Position numbers and translations under genes: made by a program. A model generated the notes under the pieces. It did not search any database and was not told where the DNA came from. It saw nothing but the letters and a program-made list of their open reading frames with translations. DNA of 64,000 nucleotides from Patescibacteria group bacterium (lineage in GTDB: Bacteria; Patescibacteriota; JABMPQ01): assembly GCA_041749335.1 (NCBI GenBank), contig JBGTBM010000010.1, forward strand, positions 4,533 through 68,532. Direction: 5' to 3'. This document shows, in pieces, positions 59,093 through 64,000 of this stretch. Positions within the stretch are counted from its first letter, which is position 1; each line of letters begins with the position of its first letter.

Positions 59093-59133
59093 AATAATAT
59101 TATATCACAAATCTATACATTTTTACACTAAAT

Positions 59134-59904
59134 CTATACATTTTCCGGATTTTCCCGATCTAGGGCCCATTTCAACGGATTATATCTAATATAATAACGG
59201 ATTTCATCCAATGATTTCTCATTACGGATAATATGATCGTAAAATGATCGCTGCCAGGAGAAATTATTTAATCCCCGATTGCGAATTAATTTGGATGATG
59301 TTGTCTTAAACGCGCCAATCAATTCCGACAAAGATTTTATTTTCCCTGCCGGAACGGGTTGCGTTATGGGAACGTTAATGCTCGTTGTATGGACAGGTCG
59401 CGCGGTGCTGGTATTAATTTTTCCTTCAGAGACAATTTGCGTAACATTGCAATCAATATTCCTTGCCGAAACGGGCCGCTCTATGGAGACGTTAATGTTC
59501 GTTGTAGGGACAGGTCGCGTGGTGTTGGTATTAATATTTCCCGCAGGGATAATTTGCGTAATATTATAATCAATATTCCTTGCCGGAACGGGTCGCTCTA
59601 TGGAGACGTTAATGTTCGTTGTAGGGACAGGTCGCGACCTGTCCCTACGTTGAATTACCAAAATCCCATGGAAATGGTTTGGCATAACAATATATTCATC
59701 TAATCGGGCATATTGGTATTTTTTTGCCAGCCACAACCATTGATTTTCCACAATCTCCCCGTATTTATTCAAAATTATCCGATCATTAATAATCGAACCA
59801 AAATTATTTTTTCTATCTGCGGTGCATGGCGTAATATAATACAGGCCGTTTTTTGAATAATCGTAATTCAATAAACGATTATTTCTCCTCCTTGGTTTAA
59901 GCAT
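59134..59904 (-). mobile_element. tnpA: IS200/IS605-family (COG1943/RAYT-like Y1 HuH) transposase gene carrying an in-frame tandem-repeat insertion
   Basis: N-terminal …YIVMPNHFHGILVI (HuH). C-terminal SLSELIGAFKTTSSKLIR…FSWQRSFYDHIIRNEKSLDEIRYYIRYNP (catalytic Tyr helix). Between them are 2.5 copies of a 39-aa repeat. Confidence 0.6.
59347..59647. repeat. 2.5 x 117-bp direct tandem repeat ending in 26-bp perfect palindrome tagggacaggtcgcgacctgtcccta
   Basis: Units at 59347-59463, 59464-59580 and 59581-59637. Palindrome at 59622-59647. Confidence 0.85.
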
Positions 59905-59950
59905 AACAAGATCGGAATAATACTTATTTTTTTATTTTCGCGAAATTTGA

Positions 59951-60934
59951 TTATGGATTATTGGCGATCGCGCTTACCATCCATTCCCCGTTGGTATTTT
60001 TTTCCAAGGTGATCCAGCGATAATTAATTCCGTTTTGCCAGCCCATCTGTTCGCCTTCCGGCTTGACCTTAACCTCCAGCTCAAATTTGAATACTTGGCG
60101 ATCAGCGGTCCATTCTTCCTTATAAACTTCTTCCGTCTTTTTGACTTCCAGCTTTTCAAGAGTGTTAAAATTAACGCCCCAAGCTTGTTTTTCATTTTCT
60201 GAAACATCCATCATCGCCAAAGCGTTCGGGATATTTAAGGCGGCTAAATTGCTAATAAATTTATCGGCGATGTCCTGCTGGCTAGCGCCTAAATCTTTGG
60301 AATCTTCTTCCGGCAAATCAATCGGATTATTTTTTATTTCAAAAGATAAATTTCCCTGGATTTTTTCCGCGACCTTAGCGGCGAAATCAATCAGCTCATC
60401 ATCCTCCAAGCCTTTTCCGGCAAGATTGGTTTCAATCCTTACATACCGATTGGGATTGATAATCAAACGAATATCCCGCAATGTTTTGTCCTCGCGATAA
60501 GCTATCATGTTTTCCATTTTGATGCGCGGGTCGCTTCCATATGAGGCGTCCAATATTTCCAACCCCTTTTTCTGGTTTTCAACGTTTAAATTTTCCACCA
60601 TCATAAAAATCAACTGCCCACCGCCTCTTAACTTAGGATCGGTGTATTGCGCATTGTAATTCGGGTCATAAGTAAAATAATAACGGCAGGCCTGCAGCGG
60701 CACGATCCAATCAGGCTCCACTTTTACCACTTCCTTGCCGGTCGCGGAATACACAAAATCCGCGGTGATCGCCTTGCAGATATCCGTATCAATATCGCCT
60801 TTTATATCCTGAAGCTCATCTTGTTTGGCTTCATTTCCTTGGTTCGTCTCTCCCGCCGGACTGTCTTTTTTAGTACAGCCGATAAAGCTTAAACTCAAAA
60901 GAACGAGCAAGGCAATAAACCCGATTTTTTTCAT
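59951..60934 (-). CDS. lipoprotein, hypothetical
   Basis: Signal peptide plus lipobox FIGCTK. Confidence 0.4.
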   Translation of the reverse strand: MKKIGFIALLVLLSLSFIGCTKKDSPAGETNQGNEAKQDELQDIKGDIDTDICKAITADFVYSATGKEVVKVEPDWIVPLQACRYYFTYDPNYNAQYTDPKLRGGGQLIFMMVENLNVENQKKGLEILDASYGSDPRIKMENMIAYREDKTLRDIRLIINPNRYVRIETNLAGKGLEDDELIDFAAKVAEKIQGNLSFEIKNNPIDLPEEDSKDLGASQQDIADKFISNLAALNIPNALAMMDVSENEKQAWGVNFNTLEKLEVKKTEEVYKEEWTADRQVFKFELEVKVKPEGEQMGWQNGINYRWITLEKNTNGEWMVSAIANNP

Positions 60935-60993
60935 TTATTTATATTATTTATTATTAATCTTATTTTAATTTTACTAAATTGGTAATTCAAAAT

Positions 60994-61380
60994 CTAAATA
61001 TTTACTTCCCTCACTTCCAGCACGGTCTTTTTGACATCTTTGGAGGGAGAAGCAAAATTAATCAGCAAACCCTGCATGATTTTTAGAATTTTTAAATAAT
61101 TGCGCAGCTGTTGCTCTTCTTTTTCCCCGATCTTCCCGGCCGCCTTAAGCTCCAAGACATATTTATCTTTTCCCATCTTCATCACTACATCGGGATAGCC
61201 CTCGCCCACATAATGATTCTTATAAGTCAGCTCCACCACCTTTTGGCTTTCATAAGGAATTTTGGCGAGCCGCAGTCCCACCTTCATGGCGTTTTCATAA
61301 ACGTTTTCGCTGAAACCGGAGCCGAGAGAATTATAGACGCTATGCGCAATTGTAATGATTTTGTTAAGTTTTATTGTTGG
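60994..61380 (-). CDS. GxxExxY-family protein (PD-(D/E)xK-like); track ORF truncated, reading frame continues upstream through the GFSENVY motif without an ATG
   Basis: Upstream in-frame translation …LNKIITIAHSVYNSLGSGFSENVYENA precedes the MKVGLR… start. C-terminal GLLINFASP matches the family. Non-ATG start or 5' decay. Confidence 0.5.
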   Translation of the reverse strand, partial: PTIKLNKIITIAHSVYNSLGSGFSENVYENAMKVGLRLAKIPYESQKVVELTYKNHYVGEGYPDVVMKMGKDKYVLELKAAGKIGEKEEQQLRNYLKILKIMQGLLINFASPSKDVKKTVLEVREVNI

Positions 61381-61393
61381 TATAAGTTTTTTA

Positions 61394-62227
61394 TTAATTT
61401 TTACTAAGCTTGAAATGTGGCTTTTCTGCTAATATGTACAATATTATTGCAATAATTATAATTGGCAACAAAAATATAAGATAAATATTACAAATATTAT
61501 TCCAGTTAAATATTTCAATTAATAAAATTACAATAAAAAAGGTTGGAATAAAATATAAAATATAATTTATTAGTTTTGACAAAGAAAAACCAATTATATT
61601 TTTATTAAGTTTATAAAGTTCATCATTAATAATATGAAAGTATGTTTTAAGACCTTTGCTATATCTAGATCCAATCATTTCGTAATGAATAATATAATTA
61701 TATTTATAAATTTTATCGGCAAATATTTTTTCATTTTCATCTAAACTATTTATGAAATATTGATATTGTTTTGAGGCTACCGTTTCTTTATATTCTGATT
61801 CCTTTTTCTTGCTGTTTATTTTTAAAGATAAATTAATATCACTTGCAGTTATCTGCCTTCTAAAGTTTTCTATAGATTTCATACTTTCAATTATCTGATT
61901 CATTTCAGCAATGGCGCTAAGCATATTATCCGATAGATGCACAACGCTCTGATCTAACATAATTCCTTTAATTGAGTTGTTTTGTGTATCAAAAATAATT
62001 CTAAATGGATTACTAAATTCCAATATTTTCTTATCATCTGGAGAACCTATGTAACCTTCGTTATTGGCACTAGCCCATCTACCAATTATTTTCAATTGAT
62101 ATTTAATTGAGCTTATAACTTTTATTTTTTCTAATATATGCCTTCTTTGATATTCAAAAAATATAACTAGAAAGGCAAGAACTGCAAATATTTCAGGTAT
62201 TTTATCTAACAATCTCTCAATCATCAT
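61394..62227 (-). CDS. membrane protein, hypothetical
   Basis: N-terminal and C-terminal TM helices. AT-rich. Confidence 0.3.
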   Translation of the reverse strand: MMIERLLDKIPEIFAVLAFLVIFFEYQRRHILEKIKVISSIKYQLKIIGRWASANNEGYIGSPDDKKILEFSNPFRIIFDTQNNSIKGIMLDQSVVHLSDNMLSAIAEMNQIIESMKSIENFRRQITASDINLSLKINSKKKESEYKETVASKQYQYFINSLDENEKIFADKIYKYNYIIHYEMIGSRYSKGLKTYFHIINDELYKLNKNIIGFSLSKLINYILYFIPTFFIVILLIEIFNWNNICNIYLIFLLPIIIIAIILYILAEKPHFKLSKN

Positions 62228-62990
62228 TACTATATAATTTATTTGTTAACTTTTCTTGATTTATAATTTTAAATTTATCATTATAATTTTCATCATATTT
62301 AAATCTAACCTCGTATTCATTTTTTTCGATATCCTTATAATTAATAATGATATTTTCAATCTTATCCAAACTGGACTCAATAACAAATTTTTTTGTTGCA
62401 TTGTAATATCTTAAGCTCTCTAAAATTTCACTATCGGGAACCTCGTCTATGGAAACAGTACTATTAGATTTCGAAGGTAAAGCAGGTCTTTTTTTAATAT
62501 TAAATTTAATTTCAATTTCTCCAGGAACTTCAACTATCTTTATGGTTTTAAATTCAACATCAACTGCTATTCCACGACCCTCATTAGATAAATAAAATAA
62601 TTTGTCTTTATCTTCTGCTAGTTTTAGTTTTAAATATGGTTTCAATTCATAATCTCTTTGTTTTCTAACTTCTTGTAATTCTTTTTGCTGTACTTCCTTC
62701 AAATCTTTTGTTTCTCTTGAATACCAAAATACAATAATGCCAGTTAAAAATATAAATGTAATTTGGATTTTCTCACTCGGAGATAACCAATCAACACCCT
62801 TGTGTATCTGCTCAATAAATATTATATAGATCGATCCGATCAATCCCAATAACAATAAAAATATTCTATATTCCTTCCTCCAAACAAAATCAACAAATTT
62901 AATAAATCTGCCAAGCTTGTCATTTTTATGCCTTCCCCATTTATTTTTAATATTTTTTAAATAATATTTTAAACTCTTAAAACTACACAT
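62217..62990 (-). CDS. membrane protein, hypothetical
   Basis: TM helices; 11-bp overlap with downstream gene. Confidence 0.3.
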   Translation of the reverse strand: MCSFKSLKYYLKNIKNKWGRHKNDKLGRFIKFVDFVWRKEYRIFLLLLGLIGSIYIIFIEQIHKGVDWLSPSEKIQITFIFLTGIIVFWYSRETKDLKEVQQKELQEVRKQRDYELKPYLKLKLAEDKDKLFYLSNEGRGIAVDVEFKTIKIVEVPGEIEIKFNIKKRPALPSKSNSTVSIDEVPDSEILESLRYYNATKKFVIESSLDKIENIIINYKDIEKNEYEVRFKYDENYNDKFKIINQEKLTNKLYSNDD

Positions 62991-63000
62991 TCATGTTATG

Positions 63001-63651
63001 TTATTTGATAAATTCTAAGTCTTTGGGGTAAATATATCGTCTGTTTTTATTTTTTATTTTCCTCTGACTTTTTAAAATTGAATATTTAGTTAAATATTCT
63101 CTTTGAATTGTAATACTATTCATAAAGGTTTTACAATACTCATTTTTAATTAAAGTTTTCAATATATCTATTGAATTAACCAAATCCTCAAAAAATAAAT
63201 TTAAATTAATTATTAATATATCATTTCGAAAATATAAATGATCTTGATCATTCCCGCCATTATGAAAATTGAGTTCCCAACCTATTCGCCTCTTTTTATA
63301 CATAAATTGTTTTGGACTATGCTGATGCATCAACCCATTTCTGTGTATGAGCGCAATAAACCCTGCAAATTTACTATATCTATCATCTATCTTACTCATT
63401 ATCTTCTGTAAATAAGTTTTTATATTATATCCAGTCGTCATAGGGTTACCAGTTAAATAAGATCCAAGTCCATCAATTTCAGGAAAAAGCATTCTTAGTA
63501 CAGAAAAATATCCCATCATTTTATTATCCTTTTCATATTTATCCCAATATGCTTTTATTGCCACACCTACCTCATTCGAGATCATATCTTTTATATCATC
63601 TAAATACATAACAATATCTTTATCTTCAATTTTATTAAATTTTGGTTTCAT
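63001..63651 (-). CDS. hypothetical protein
   Basis: ORF only; first gene of an AT-rich 3-gene operon. Confidence 0.3.
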   Translation of the reverse strand: MKPKFNKIEDKDIVMYLDDIKDMISNEVGVAIKAYWDKYEKDNKMMGYFSVLRMLFPEIDGLGSYLTGNPMTTGYNIKTYLQKIMSKIDDRYSKFAGFIALIHRNGLMHQHSPKQFMYKKRRIGWELNFHNGGNDQDHLYFRNDILIINLNLFFEDLVNSIDILKTLIKNEYCKTFMNSITIQREYLTKYSILKSQRKIKNKNRRYIYPKDLEFIK

Positions 63652-63681
63652 TTGTATTCATTAACCTATAATATTAATATT

Positions 63682-63843
63682 TTACAGTTTAATCACCTTA
63701 TCAATCTCCCCCATTATCCTCTCTGTCTCGCTCAAAGCCACGATCATCTTTTGGTAATGGATTATATCATCGCTGGATAATTTTCTGCCTTTGCGATCCT
63801 TGAGCCATTTTTGCGCTGGCTGATAACCGTCGATATAAAATTT
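63682..63843 (-). pseudogene. C-terminal remnant of a Type ISP/IIG restriction-modification enzyme (DNA methyltransferase C-terminal domain)
   Basis: Minus-strand translation KFYIDGYQPAQKWLKDRKGRKLSSDDIIHYQKMIVALSETERIMGEIDKVIKL* preceded by in-frame TGA. Matches the conserved C-terminal tail of Type ISP/MmeI-like enzymes. Confidence 0.55.
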
Positions 63844-63878
63844 TCAAATTGATTACTATACATCAATATTTTTTAATT

Positions 63879-64000
63879 TTATTTTTTTAAAAATAACTCT
63901 ATTGTTTTATATGTTCTATAATAATTTTTTAATAGATCATGCTCCCACACTCTTAAAACCTGCCAACCCTTTCTTTTTAATTTTGCTCGATTTTTTCTAT
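63879..64000 (-). CDS. Vsr-like / DUF559 endonuclease, C-terminal part (N-terminus beyond window end)
   Basis: Minus-strand translation …KLKRKGWQVLRVWEHDLLKNYYRTYKTIELFLKK*. GW.VLR.WEH is the Vsr/DUF559 C-terminal signature. Confidence 0.45.
   Translation of the reverse strand, partial: RKNRAKLKRKGWQVLRVWEHDLLKNYYRTYKTIELFLKK

Noticed and set aside
59347-59647. Possible CRISPR array
   Set aside because: The repeats are 117-bp units that are directly contiguous with no unique spacers. They are in-frame coding sequence of the transposase gene, so this is not a CRISPR architecture. No other repeat-spacer arrays were seen in the window.

Overview
This is an AT-rich bacterial chromosomal segment of roughly 30% GC, with small, tightly packed genes. 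It looks like a Candidate Phyla Radiation (Patescibacteria) genome. That is an inference from gene content: archaemetzincin, GxxExxY, DUF5679, type IV secretion (T4SS)-like ATPase, membrane-anchored Clp, and sparse metabolism. The genetic code appears standard, since prfB (release factor 2, SPF motif) is intact with no frameshift. From 0 to about 44 kb the window is mostly a housekeeping core: thpR (partial), priA-def-fmt, ahcY, pfkB-kinase, ftsE/ftsX, prfB, purF, mscS, fba-tpiA, dnaX, cysS, dnaB, ybaB, recR, rplU and sod. This core is interleaved with lineage-typical accessory genes. They include a TM-anchored ClpC-like protein with a degenerate D1 ATPase domain, a T4SS-like ATPase next to a thermonuclease, and a predicted cobalamin salvage locus. 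That locus has a candidate B12 riboswitch with an attenuator upstream of two DUF4430 lipoproteins, plus a membrane protein and cobO. Two unannotated small ORFs (<60 aa) also sit in the core: a DUF5679-like zinc ribbon protein and a 57-aa ORF next to the tRNA. One tRNA-Gln(CTG) is present. From 44 to 64 kb the region is mosaic and accessory. It starts with an oxidative-stress cluster (SOD, ferritin-like proteins, FTR catalytic subunit plus a double rubredoxin-like gene, cupin, DUF2202). It then enters a GC-shifted island (about 48.3-61.3 kb, noticeably higher GC, strong Shine-Dalgarno sites). The island carries DUF134/DUF5320, Gly/Cys-rich mini-proteins and a paralog pair. It also carries a tandem array of alternating small CxxC...CxxC zinc-ribbon proteins. 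A co-directional 4-gene module sits directly downstream of an IS200/COG1943-like transposase. The module comprises a MerR-HTH-GHKL ATPase, a STAS-like DUF4325 protein, a DUF2779 PD-(D/E)xK-type nuclease and a membrane zinc ribbon. The transposase gene itself contains an in-frame 2.5x117-bp tandem repeat ending in a 26-bp perfect palindrome. The window ends with an AT-rich 3-gene operon of unknown function and restriction-modification remnants (a Type ISP/IIG C-terminal fragment and a partial Vsr-like endonuclease). No rRNA and no CRISPR array were seen.
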